From: Rotaria socialis
Lineage: Eukaryota
NCBI GenBank assembly: GCA_905331295.1
Contig: CAJNYD010000036.1
Location: forward strand, 124,001-151,177
Length of the DNA: 27,177 nucleotides
Direction: 5' to 3'
Shown here: positions 12,929-24,388 of the stretch, piece after piece
How positions within the stretch are numbered: the first letter of the stretch is position 1
Layout: the number at the start of each line of letters is the position of its first letter
Notes under the pieces: generated by a model
Databases searched by the model: none
Told to the model about the DNA's origin: nothing
What the model saw: only the letters and a program-made list of their open reading frames with translations
Position numbers and translations under genes: made by a program

Positions 12929-14015
12929 CTGAAAATCGACATGTTATTATTTGATGCATGATTAAGTACAGATATTTTGTGCTTTCTACTTCACAAGTTA
13001 AAGGCAAAGAACAGAGTTTGTGTCGATTTGTTATAAGACGCACTTAAGTTTGAAGGAGCTGTATTTCTTAATGAAACATCCGATAATAGCCGTATGTGAG
13101 TGTTTCTCGTATGAAGAGTCAAATAGGGAATTTCATTTTGAAAATAATTCAAAAGAAATCATTAGAGAATTTATTTCTCTTTTAAACTATATGAAGGTGA
13201 AAGTATTGTTTTTATAAAAATAAAAGTTACGCTAAAGGTATTCATTTTTTATATTGAATTCGATATTTTAATCTTGTATTAAAAATTTTTAGTTTAAACA
13301 TTTCAATGATCGTCTTTTTTCTAGAAATGAAAAACTTTGTTTTCTTTTAGCATTTGATTTTTGATAATACTCATTGAAAACCCTTAAATTTCATGGTCAA
13401 TATTAGCAAAAAAGAGACCTTACTACAAGACAGCTATTCGAAGAACGATACGAGTTTTGTCATAGAAGGTCATAGGCTTCTTTGGTAGAGAATCGTAGAT
13501 TGACATCGACCCAATGTTTGCCCATCGTTTAAGTAATCAGTACATGTTCTCGTCAATAGTTTCACGTGATATCAAGGTTTTCACTTCGTCTTGATCATAA
13601 TTGATTTTTATTAAAAAACAGTAAGAGACTATCTAGAGATCGGATTACTGAAATATGTTCCAAACATCAATTGATTGAGTACAACATTAATGTCATGACT
13701 CATTGAATACACATGTTTTCTACAGCATAATCATATAATATACTTTTCCAGACTCTATCGCCATCTATATTTAAATAAAAACATAAACATATTTTCATAT
13801 TGTTTTTTTTATTTAACTAATCAGCATCTATCAAAATTTATATTTCTCTGATGATTCATATTCACTGAAACAACATTTTTCCGAATCTGATTCGTAGATC
13901 ATTTGGAAAATAAAGACTTGAGACTAAACCTATCCAAATGCATAGATTAATTAATAGAGATTTTCTTTTATCGAATAGCAGCCCTTATAACATAATAACG
14001 TGTTTCTAGATCAGA

Positions 14016-16971
14016 ATGGATTCATCTACATCAAAAAAAACGCATCCTCGTTTAAATTCTTACAAATATCATGGAAAAGATCCCGATGAACGTCGACGTT
14101 GGCGAAATCAAAATACTGTTTCAATTCGAAAAGTAATGATTTGAATTCAGTATTTCAAAAAAAAACGTTTTTTTTTTTTAATTTTCCAGATTAAACGTGA
14201 TGAACAAATTCAAGCGAAACGTAATTTTCAAGCTGATGATAGTATGTCCGACAAATCAGAGGATGATCGAGAACAAAATCGATTTTATAACCTTGATGAT
14301 CTTGTTATAAAAGCTAAAAGTGAAGATCCAACAATACGTTTTGACGCTGTTCGTTCAGCACGAAAACTTTTATCTATTGATCGTAATCCGCCAATAGATC
14401 AATTAATACAATATAATTTTTTACCAATATTCGTTGAATATTTAACATATGATCAATGTTCGGATTTACAATTTGAAGCAGCTTGGGCATTAACAAATAT
14501 TGCATCAGGTAATTCCCAGCAAACGCAAGCTGTTGCTGATGCAAATGCTTTACCGTATTTATTACGTCTTCTACATTCACCACATGCAAATGTTTGTGAA
14601 CAAGCTGTTTGGGCTTTGGGAAATCTAATCGGTAAAATCTTATTCTCATCATTTTTCTCAATGCAAAAATGTATATTTAGGTGATGGTCCAAGATTACGT
14701 GATTATGCAATCGAATTGGGTGTTATAAAACCATTAGTTGAATTTATTCAAAAAGACATTCCTGTTACGTTTCTTCGAAATGTAACATGGGTTCTTGTTA
14801 ATCTTTGTCGTCATAAAGAACCACCGATATCTTTACTTGCCGTTGGAGATATTCTACCAGCTTTACATTATTTAATAGCATATACTGACATAACAGTATG
14901 TTTATAAAATATTTTACTTTCAAGGAAAAATATATCTTTTTTTTCTAATAGATTCTTGTCGATTGTACATGGGCATTAGCTTATCTACTCGATTGTGGAA
15001 ACAATATGATTCAAGTAAATATTTTTTAAACAAATAATAATTATTATAAGATACTGTTTTAAAGATTATTATCGATTCTGGTGTAATACCACATATTATT
15101 AAATTATTAAATCATAATGAATTAAAGATTGTTACAGCTGGTATAGACTTCTGTTTTCATTTTTTTTTCATTTAAATTTTACTTGTATAACTTTAGCATT
15201 AAGAGCAATTGGCAATGTTGTCACGGGTACTGATGAACAAACACAACTTGTTCTTAATCATGGAGCTCTTGCTTATTTTCCCAAATTACTCAAACATCAA
15301 AAAGATAAACTCAACAAAGTAAGAATTAAAATGACTCATTTTTTCTTGTTGATGTGAAAACAATTTGCTAGTGAAGAAGAATCTTAAAAGTACAACTCAT
15401 AATAACGTTATCATCGATAGACATTAGTGTGTTCTCTCATGCATTCTTTGTTATTTCTTTTTTGTTGATGGCAAAGAAAGATACTATCTACAAACTCGTT
15501 TGATTTAAGCACACACTCGAATCAAATCTATTATCTTGCCATTGGATAATCTTCCATGTCCTAAATCGATCCACAGCTACTCATAGAATGATGTTAATAG
15601 ATCAAGGTTTTTCCTTAATGACACATGATATTTTTTTTTAAAGGTCCAGCTGACTTTTTATTATATTTATACTCATATAGATTGATAGGGATTGTTACAG
15701 GAACGATAGTATCTTTTGCCATAATGTTATATGTCAAGCGGTTGCAAATGCCTACTTGCATCTATTTCCCAGAGAATACAAGCTGATATAGATGAGAGAA
15801 GCACAATAGCAAGAACAGGAAAAAAAACTGAAGCTATCAACAAGCAATTCATCTGGTTATAGATACATTAGATAATTGTATTTCGTCATAAAAAAAAAGA
15901 GCGAACATCTGAGCGATAATGATTTTACATTCACTATGTTTATTTTATTTTATCGATTAATTTTTGAATAAAATACAGAAACTTGTCGTTAAAAGTAATC
16001 ATATAGCTTACGATTACTCTCAGTTTGAGTTGCTACGGTACTCTTTAAACTTCATTTAGTAGATATCATGTTGAAATTATTTGATAATAATAGTTCGAGT
16101 AAAATGAAGATTTCATAAATATATTTATCAATTAAATACTAATCTATAATTTTCATTTAAAGGAAGCTGTTTGGTTTTTATCAAATATAACAGCTGGTAA
16201 TCAACAACAAGTTCAAGCCGTAATAGATGCGCAATTAATCCCCGATGTTATTCGTCATTTACAATACGTTCGTATAGAGACATTATTTGTTGTTACTTTT
16301 TTTTAAATGAAGTCGATTATATTTAATAGGGTGATTTTCAAACACAAAAAGAAGCAGCTTGGTGTATATCAAATTTAACTATGAGTGGTTCAGCCCAACA
16401 AATTGAGTATATCGTTACACAATATGTTATACCTCCTCTATGGTATTTTGAAAAAACAAAATCATGTTTCTAATACTAATATCGACTGCTTTCTAGTAAT
16501 TTATTACAACAACAGGATGCACAAATAATACAAGTATGTCTTGATGCTCTTCATAATATACTTAAACAAACAACAATATCAAACCTTGAAGCTCTTACTA
16601 CAGAGATAGAAGAATGTGGAGGTATGTCAGAAGAAAAAATTCTAGTCTACAATTATTTTGTTGATTAATAATAAAATTAGGTCTGGATAAAATTGAACAC
16701 TTGCAAAATCATACAAATAAAGATATATATCAACAATCATATGAAATAATAGAAAAGTTCTTTTCACATGAAACCGTAAGTAGAATCGAGTAGAAGAAAC
16801 AGAAAAATACAATGAATATTTTATTTACTGCAGGATGATGACAGCATTTCAACAATGAATCAAGCACCAACAACGCCAAATCCTACTAACGAATTTTCCT
16901 TTGGAATAATGAATTCTAATCAAGCTGTGCCCGATAATAATAATGGAAATAATGCACAATTTCAGTTCTAA
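14016..16971 (+). CDS. KPNA3/4: Importin subunit alpha, alpha3 clade (IBB plus ARM repeats), 536 aa
   Basis: 11 phase-consistent exons: 14016-14132, 14190-14631, 14681-14895, 14952-15014, 15065-15140, 15197-15318, 16163-16267, 16330-16442, 16497-16621, 16681-16775, 16834-16971. Motifs: [50 protein letters not shown] (alpha3-type), [38 protein letters not shown]-terminal QFQF*. AATAAA at 17091. Confidence 0.96.
15345..15844. repeat. Nested imperfect inverted repeats in importin intron 6
   Basis: 15468-15488 ATGGCAAAGAAAGATACTATC is the reverse complement (with one 3-nt indel) of 15705-15722 GATAGTATCTTTTGCCAT. Outer 9-bp pairs: 15432-15440/15792-15800 and 15345-15353/15836-15844. Confidence 0.55.
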
Positions 16972-18201
16972 AATATTCTTTCAGTTTATTGTTTTTTCTT
17001 TTATACTCGATGGCTCTCACGACAAATACTACATTTGCCCATTCATGTGTTTTACTGTATAAAGTGCTATTGTATTGTTTCGGAATTTCAAATAAAAAGA
17101 AACACAGCCAAATATGTTTGATAGTTTTGGTATTGAATTCTATGAAAATTGTTTAAATGTAGTTTCCATAGATATTTGTTAGGATTTACTGCACATAAAC
17201 AAAGGACTTCGATTAAATTTGTCGATTTTTATGTGAAATAGTTAAACGATAGATGGCGTTTTCAAAATATAAACTACGAAATCTACTCGTGATTCCATGA
17301 CTTAGTACTTTCAAATTTTTAATATTTTCTCTCTAAGCTATAACAATAAATAAATTGAAATGAAATTTTGTACTTTAGCTGCATTCATAATTGGTCAATA
17401 ATTAAAAAGAACAGAAGCAAATCAAAATTTGATTTGATTGGTTTTTGTTTAGTTGAATACCTATGTGTGTGTTGATGTACGTTTATGTTGTAATTAAATG
17501 ACAGGAAAGAAATGCACGTTTAGAAACTGTTGACCCGAAAAAATTGAGATACGTTGAGATGTTTAAATGATAAATTTATAGATTATTGCCGTAATAGTAT
17601 TAAATTTATTTTCAAAGAAATATTTCTTTTATTATGATTCATCTCTTGTCGTCATGATAATTGATTATTATCTATGATACGATTGAATGAAGTTTTATCA
17701 TTAAGATAATATCTTGCTTTAATAGATGCGAGAGATTTTACGTTAGGTTTTCTTCTCTCGAAATCTTCGGACGTCTTAAGCAGTTCCTATTCACCGACAC
17801 ACTATTGTACGTATGCGACAGAAACAAAAGAACACAAGATGATTCATATATATCTTTTTCTGCGCATTACCTTTACCTTGACCCACATGAAGATGTGCAG
17901 TCGTATCGTATATTTATACACAGGTATGTATGTAGATTAGACACTTGCAATAGTAAGGTTCTTTTTTTTCAACTATTGCTTTATTCATATGAAATCACAT
18001 CGCTTTGTTCCGAAGTAATCTAAAAGATAATAGCTCACCGATGAGTGTGTATACACTGTCTCTTAATGAATAATAAGATAACTTCTATTCTATTGTTTTT
18101 TTCAATTTAATGTTCACTTCTCCGGTATTTTATATTGAATGTAAAAAGGAAAAAATATATTTGCATTCTATTAAAAGTTCAAAAAAAATAATACATGCGC
18201 A

Positions 18202-18694
18202 TTATTGACTACTTGAAATGGTCGTCAGTGCTGGTGGTTTTTGAGTTTCTATAATATAATATGCATGTCGTGATTTGAGATTTTGCATTTTTGTACTATA
18301 TTTTTTGTAACATTCATTGGTTTTCTCTTCAATCAATGCTGAATTATTGGGTTGATCTGCATAATAAATTTTATATATTTCTCTAACCCAATTTTCATTA
18401 CTTAATTGATCTGAAAATAAAAGAAGTTTCATGTTTAAGATTTCATTTTTTTTAAATTTTCTAATTCATACTATAGACGCCTTGTCGTTCATTAATATGA
18501 TTCAAAGTTGGAAAAAATTCACCAGGAATTTCATTTTCATGGCTTTCTCGAGAATCACTCATAAATTGCCATGCAAAATAAACCATAATTCCCATCCCAT
18601 AGATTCCAATATATGTTGTTATAAATACTGATGCACCAAAGTTTCCGATTAGAAATTGACGATTTTCTACATCTACTGTTGTCGAACAATTCAT
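18202..18694 (-). CDS. Hypothetical single-pass membrane protein, 143 aa
   Basis: Two exons, 18694-18472 and 18410-18202, joined by a 61-nt GTATGA...TTTCAG phase-1 intron. One hydrophobic segment (FGASVFITTYIGIYGMGIMVYFAWQF) follows a short N-terminus with an N-C-S sequon. Confidence 0.75.
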
Positions 18695-18728
18695 TACTTC
18701 AGTTAACTTCTTAGTTTTTGATTCTATT

Positions 18729-19417
18729 ATGCAGCTCTCTGAAAACGTATGCAGTTGAGTGGAAAATGGCACAGCTTGTCGGCTTTGAATGAATTGTTGA
18801 AGCAAGCAAACGAAAAGAATGAAAGAAAAAAATATATGAAATTGTTTGACAATATTTATATTTTAGATGAAGCCATCTATTAAACGTACAATAATTACTT
18901 CAAAAACGACAGGTAGACGATATTTTTTGGTTCGATCGTCTAATCGGCCAAGTGCTCGACGATATTACGTGTGTTCAAAGCCAGATTGTGATATACAATT
19001 AACTCATGTAGCTGATTTTTTCTGTCGAATGTAAGTTAACAAGAAAAATAAAATAAAAAGTGAATTACTTTATGATGTTTAGACATTCGCAAGGAAAAAG
19101 TTCAGAAATAGAAGATATTGCTAATATTTCAACGAAATTAGATTTTGGTATATAACATTAAATTATTAGACGCTTATATCGTTTTTTCCTGCTTTAGTAG
19201 ATGAAGAGGAACTCAATGATAATAGTGAAATAGTCGATGAAGAAGTATTGATAGAAGTAAGCATATATTTAACGTTTGTGTATGTAATTTTTCTTTTGGA
19301 AAATTTTAAAGGCAGAAGAAGACAATACTTTGGATTCGACTAATGGTCATGAACAAAATGAAAATGGAACTAATGGTATATAAGAATTTCTTTTGTGATG
19401 TTTGTTATATGAAACCG

Positions 19418-19450
<33 letters not shown>

Positions 19451-22400
19451 TGATCAACAAAAAACCTAGCATAGTAACACTGAGATCATAAAAGTAATAT
19501 CAGGAAACAATATGGAATAGTTCTATCATAGTTATCCATCACATACATGCATAATTAGGGATTGAGACAAAAAGTTACTACCGTTGTAAAAAAAAGATGG
19601 TATGCTTTCATTGTTCCAAGACAAATATTTTTAGTTCAGCGCATTGGAATAGTATGCCATAGTTATCAAATCTATCTCTGCCCGTCAGAGTAGAACCGAT
19701 GGGCAGTTCCAAAATTCAATTACATACAGATATTTCTCTTCAAGAAGGCTGATGCAGTACAAGTACTAGTACTACTCTATCACTATTTTTAGTAGTGAAC
19801 TGATTTTTCTAATAACACAAATGTCCTACATACGTACATATATAGGTCATACAATATGAAAACTGATTTATGCTGCAGAAAAATCGATTCCACGTACCTA
19901 ATCAATTGTTCATTTCTAGATCTAAGAAGGATTCTGGTTTCTTGAAACTCAGTATACATAATGTAATATTGCACTAAAAACTGTAAAATTGGTTCAAATC
20001 CTTTGGAATATTTCTGGAAAACAGAATTTCAATAGAAAAAAAGAAACGTTAGCATTTCTTAATTCAGTTGTCAGATACTTGCTGAAAACTATTCTATACA
20101 TAGCAACATTAAGAATAATAATATTTCGTTACTGAGTGACTTTTGATTCTAATGATAAAGTGAATTTTATCATATGAAAATCATATATAAATGTATATGA
20201 TCAATCTTTTTAGCATGAAATGTTTTTTATGTTTAGATTCTGCCATGGATTATGATTACAATGACGGTAGTAACGATTTTAATAATGTCTCATCGCTTTC
20301 ATCTAGACAAAGAACAAAGGTTAGTTTATTTGTTTACATTTTAAATTTGACTTCTTTGGTTATTTAGGCAAATCGTCATGTTGAAGTAGATGAAGAAACT
20401 GGTATACGTAGTTTTCGTGATAGCTCAGGTCGTCGTCGGTACCTTTGCAAGAAAGAAGAATGCACGAATATGCTCAAACGGCAATCCGATATTTACTGCC
20501 GAACGTAATTACTTTTTTTTTTAAATCAAATTTTTTTAATGAGAAACAAACAATTATTATTTCTCTGACTTCTCACTTCTTTTTCATTCTCATTTCCATT
20601 ATTCTTTATTTTATTTTGTTTTATTTTAGACACGAAATCCAGTCTGTAAATGGAAATCAAGATAAAAACAATCGCGGAAATCAAAAACGTCACACAGCTC
20701 CTCCATTGTCACTTGAAAAAACGGGTGATTTTCTTTCGCCATTGCCACCAAAGATTACAGCACCAATAAATCATAAAGATATTAATGGAAATCATTCAGA
20801 CGAATATGAATCGCCAGAAAAAGTAAAATACCAGTAACAATTTATGTCTTGTTTTTAATGCATTTTTTAAAAAATAATCAGACTCAAAAGCTTCCACTAA
20901 CAAACCGGTCGTATCGCGATGGATCAGGAAAAATACGTTTTCTTTGTGGACAACCATCATGTACTAGACAAGTACCGCGAAAAGCACAAATCTTTTGTAC
21001 ACGGTACTTGAGTTTTTTTTATAATAAATTATTTTTAATGATCATTATAGGCATGACCCTAATACTTTAACGAAAGAATTGGAACACGAAGAAAGATTGA
21101 TTCCTAAAAGTGATACTGTTCATTCTAAACAAAGTATTGCAGCTTTTTACTTCGTGGTATTATGATTTTAGTACAATCTTACTCTTTTTTTCGTTTTTAT
21201 AGAAGCCAAAGATGTTCAAGAAATAGACGTAAATGTAAGTTGATGATCAACAGGTTTCTTTCTTCATCAAAATTAACGAACCTATTTCTACAGCGAGAGA
21301 CAATAAGCATCTCAGAGCATTTATGTTGAATGGTTGCATGCGGACTTCGTAAATCTACATGAAATCGAAAAAAAGGATAGAAGAAAATTTAGTTAATGTT
21401 CAATATCACATAGTATTCAATAGTACTCTATTAAATACTACCGGTCAATAATGGAGGATTACGAAAAAATCCCATAGCTAACTTAATAGCTAGAAAAGCA
21501 ATTTGTTTCTCTTTTAAAATTCATGAAAAAACTAGTTCTATGATATCTCTTATCGCGTTTATGTGATTTGACACATTAAACGAGGAGATCAGCTTATCCA
21601 GTGAAGAATAATATCTAAAGAGCACGGCCAGCCAATATTTTATACTCCAGCTCGGATTTAATCGATCAGACATTATTTACTATATTATTTTGAACATAGA
21701 AAACTGTTAAATTTCAAAGACAAAAAAATCCGACTTTTTATAGAAATTCAGAAAACTATTGATTTTACTATGATATAGACTATAAGAAAAAAAATTCATC
21801 TCTGATATAATATTCTTTTTTCTTTCTAGCACAGTAATACTGATAATCCGCCTGAATCTATTATAAAAAAGCGCAGATATGAAGCCCTCATACCATTACT
21901 TAAACCATCGAATCTTTCACTCATTTCAGCTGATAAAGTAAAAATGAATTTTTTTTTCCTTTTGTATCAATTATTTTTCTATGCAGATCGTTATTTCTAC
22001 AACCAGTCTTCTTGCTCATCAATGGGTAAATATACTTTCTCGAAAAAAGTATCAAATTTCGACTTCATTTCTCTAGGCTAATGTTGTAACATTTCTTCGT
22101 CAATTTCCTCAAGTTGGTCTAGCAACCAATCTAAATGTTAATAATTCAACGACACATTTACTTATTGATGATAGTGAAAAAAATTTACACTGTACAATAA
22201 CTAAAAAAATTGTTCAAGCAGCGGCACGTCGTCATATATTTATGGTATCATCACGTTGGATAAACGAATGTATACGTTTGAACGCATTTGTCGATGAACG
22301 TCCATTTGAAATTGCAAGCGATTCTCATACAACATTGCGTTTATCAGTGCAAGATTTTCAATCAAAAAATAAATACTTATTCAACGACCCATCATCGAAA

Positions 22401-22685
22401 ACAACATACGGATTTACAATCGAATGTCGTCAATGTCAAGGTTCGATTAATCGTAACGAAATCATCGAATTAATTGAATTAACCGGTGCTAAATTATACA
22501 ACACTGATAGCCCTATTGATACATTAATCGTTTTATGTGATACCAATGAAAAAAATTTAAACAAAATCAAAGAAAAATATCTTCATACCGCTGTTCCAAA
22601 TATAAAATATGTAATAAGTGATTTTTTACTTAAATCAATTATTAAATTTGAAATACAAGAAATTGACAAATATGCATTACATTAG
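18729..22685 (+). CDS. Protein with three CCCH zinc-finger-like repeats and C-terminal tandem BRCT domains (~591 aa)
   Basis: Phase-consistent exons: 18729-18746 (tentative; alternative start is ATG 18867), 18867-19030, 19083-19147, 19198-19256, 19312-19375, 20237-20319, 20368-20504, 20630-20822, 20882-21003, 21051-21133, 21203-21234, 21830-21937, 21987-22025, 22077-22685. BRCT hallmarks: IVISTTSL, TTHLLID, CTITKK, VSSRWINECI, DERPFEI, ELIELTGAKL, VISDFLLKSI. KKRR at 21866-21877. Confidence 0.85.
19418..19445. repeat. (TA)14 microsatellite in an intron of the BRCT gene
   Basis: Perfect dinucleotide run read directly. Confidence 0.95.
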
Positions 22686-24388
22686 AAAAAAAAGTAGATA
22701 GAAACTCTGTTATCTATTTGTGTGTGACAATAAATCTTTTGTGATTTTTTTCTCTTCTATTGCTGTTAATATATGATCTACATTAAAAACTAAAACTAAA
22801 ACAATAATAATATTATTTAGATAAACATATATTAAAAAGAAAAGTTTGCATTGAAATGATTTTCTTGAAAAATTAAGAAACAATGAAACGAAGATCAATC
22901 GAAAAGTATTATGACATGCAAAATGAACTTCGCTAATAAAAATGGGAAAATCATGTAGATAAGAGACGTTTGGAAAGAAAACAGTGGTATGTTTGATTAA
23001 AAAAAATTATTTTACTGTCTTTTTTATTCAAGACAATTTTTTAATTTAGACCAAACAAAAGTAAATAATAAGGTAATTTTGCAAAGAAACGAGATTGCTT
23101 GTATCAGATCTATTCGATTCTGCTTTGTAAATATAGTCTTTTGAAGTTTCATCTGATTGCTAGAATACATAAAGCATTGTAAGAATAGAATCAATCAAAG
23201 ACGATACAAACCCATAGATTTCTAAGATTCAATGTCTTAGTTCAAAGATGTACAAATATAACAGTTCAGCAGTCCGTTCATTGTGGACTGATTTCTCTTT
23301 GTATTTAAACGATTAGATTCAGTAAAACATAGGTGAGATCTATTCAATATAACTTAATACAATTATTCTTGATTTGATAAGATAATAGATGTTCGAATTG
23401 TTTTGCAGCGCGTGTATGAAAACTAACAGCGCAATGATTCATGATAGGAATCATTAGGCAAAATTCTTTTTTTCTCTTGAATTCTACGTATTATGAAAAA
23501 CGTGGCAACTTATATAGTCTGATGAGAGCTGTGCTTATAAGACTATTTGTAATAAACAATCGCTAATAATTGTTTCGCTAAATCTGAATAAGAATATTTA
23601 TATTTGATGCTTACGATTCTTGTTAACTGTTCATCGATTAAAATAAGGAATTAAAATTTTAAATAATTTATTTGCTTAGTTGATTCGACGAAGCTTTTAA
23701 GAGGATTTTTATTGAGCTTATTAATGGAAACATTGATTGATATTATCATGAAGAATAGAGATTTTATTGTGCATTTCTTTCATAATTTCGGTTATCTATT
23801 TAGAAGCACTGACGTGACTATCAAATATTTGCCAGCATGAAATATCTTATTTAGTTTGTGAAAGAGGAAATATGATGTTATTTTTTACTAACAAAAAACC
23901 ACTCATATTTAGACTAGTGAGTTGAATATTTTATAGGACAATATCGAAATGACACAATCAAACACAGATATCAAATGTGATTTAGATGAAAGTATTTGAA
24001 AATCGTTTTTTATAGACTCTACTGATATAATACCTTGATCTATTTGGAGACTTTTTTGGATTAGATGTGGGTTAAGTAGCAAATTACGGTTCTTATAATT
24101 TACTTATTAGCCAAATAATTGTTCTTTACATCTTAGACTCAAAAGTGTTTCTGAATATAGATAAATTTAACAAAAACTAGGCGAAAATTCAATGGTTTTT
24201 TTCTCATTTACAGCACATCTTAAACGTTGGGCTAAGAAAATAGTTTCTTCGACACAATTTTTACTGGTATTATATCTTAAAATTATTGTTTTACTTCAAA
24301 AAACTTATATAAAAGTCTTCTAAAAATTTAAGGTTTTTTTTGTATTTATTCAAAAATTATTCTTGTAGATTATTTGAAAACTATCGAT

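Noticed and set aside
14374..14710. Antisense ORFs over importin exon 2, including a Cys-rich one
   Set aside because: Reverse-strand shadows of the ARM-repeat coding sequence.
17418..17436. Palindrome CAAATCAAA-A-TTTGATTTG
   Set aside because: AT-rich 9-bp arms with no associated feature.
19195..19200. TAGTAG tandem (NAGNAG) acceptor in the BRCT gene
   Set aside because: Would change only one residue in an acidic linker; common and not resolvable from DNA alone.
19960..20010. GGTTCAAATCC (B-box/T-loop) at 19991-20001 with CTGTAAA just upstream, suggesting tRNA-Tyr
   Set aside because: The T-stem, anticodon stem and acceptor stem do not pair, spacing is too short, and there is no A-box.
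21987..22685. Naming the BRCT gene BRCA1, BARD1 or MCPH1
   Set aside because: No RING, ankyrin or N-terminal BRCT domain is visible; orthology needs a phylogeny.
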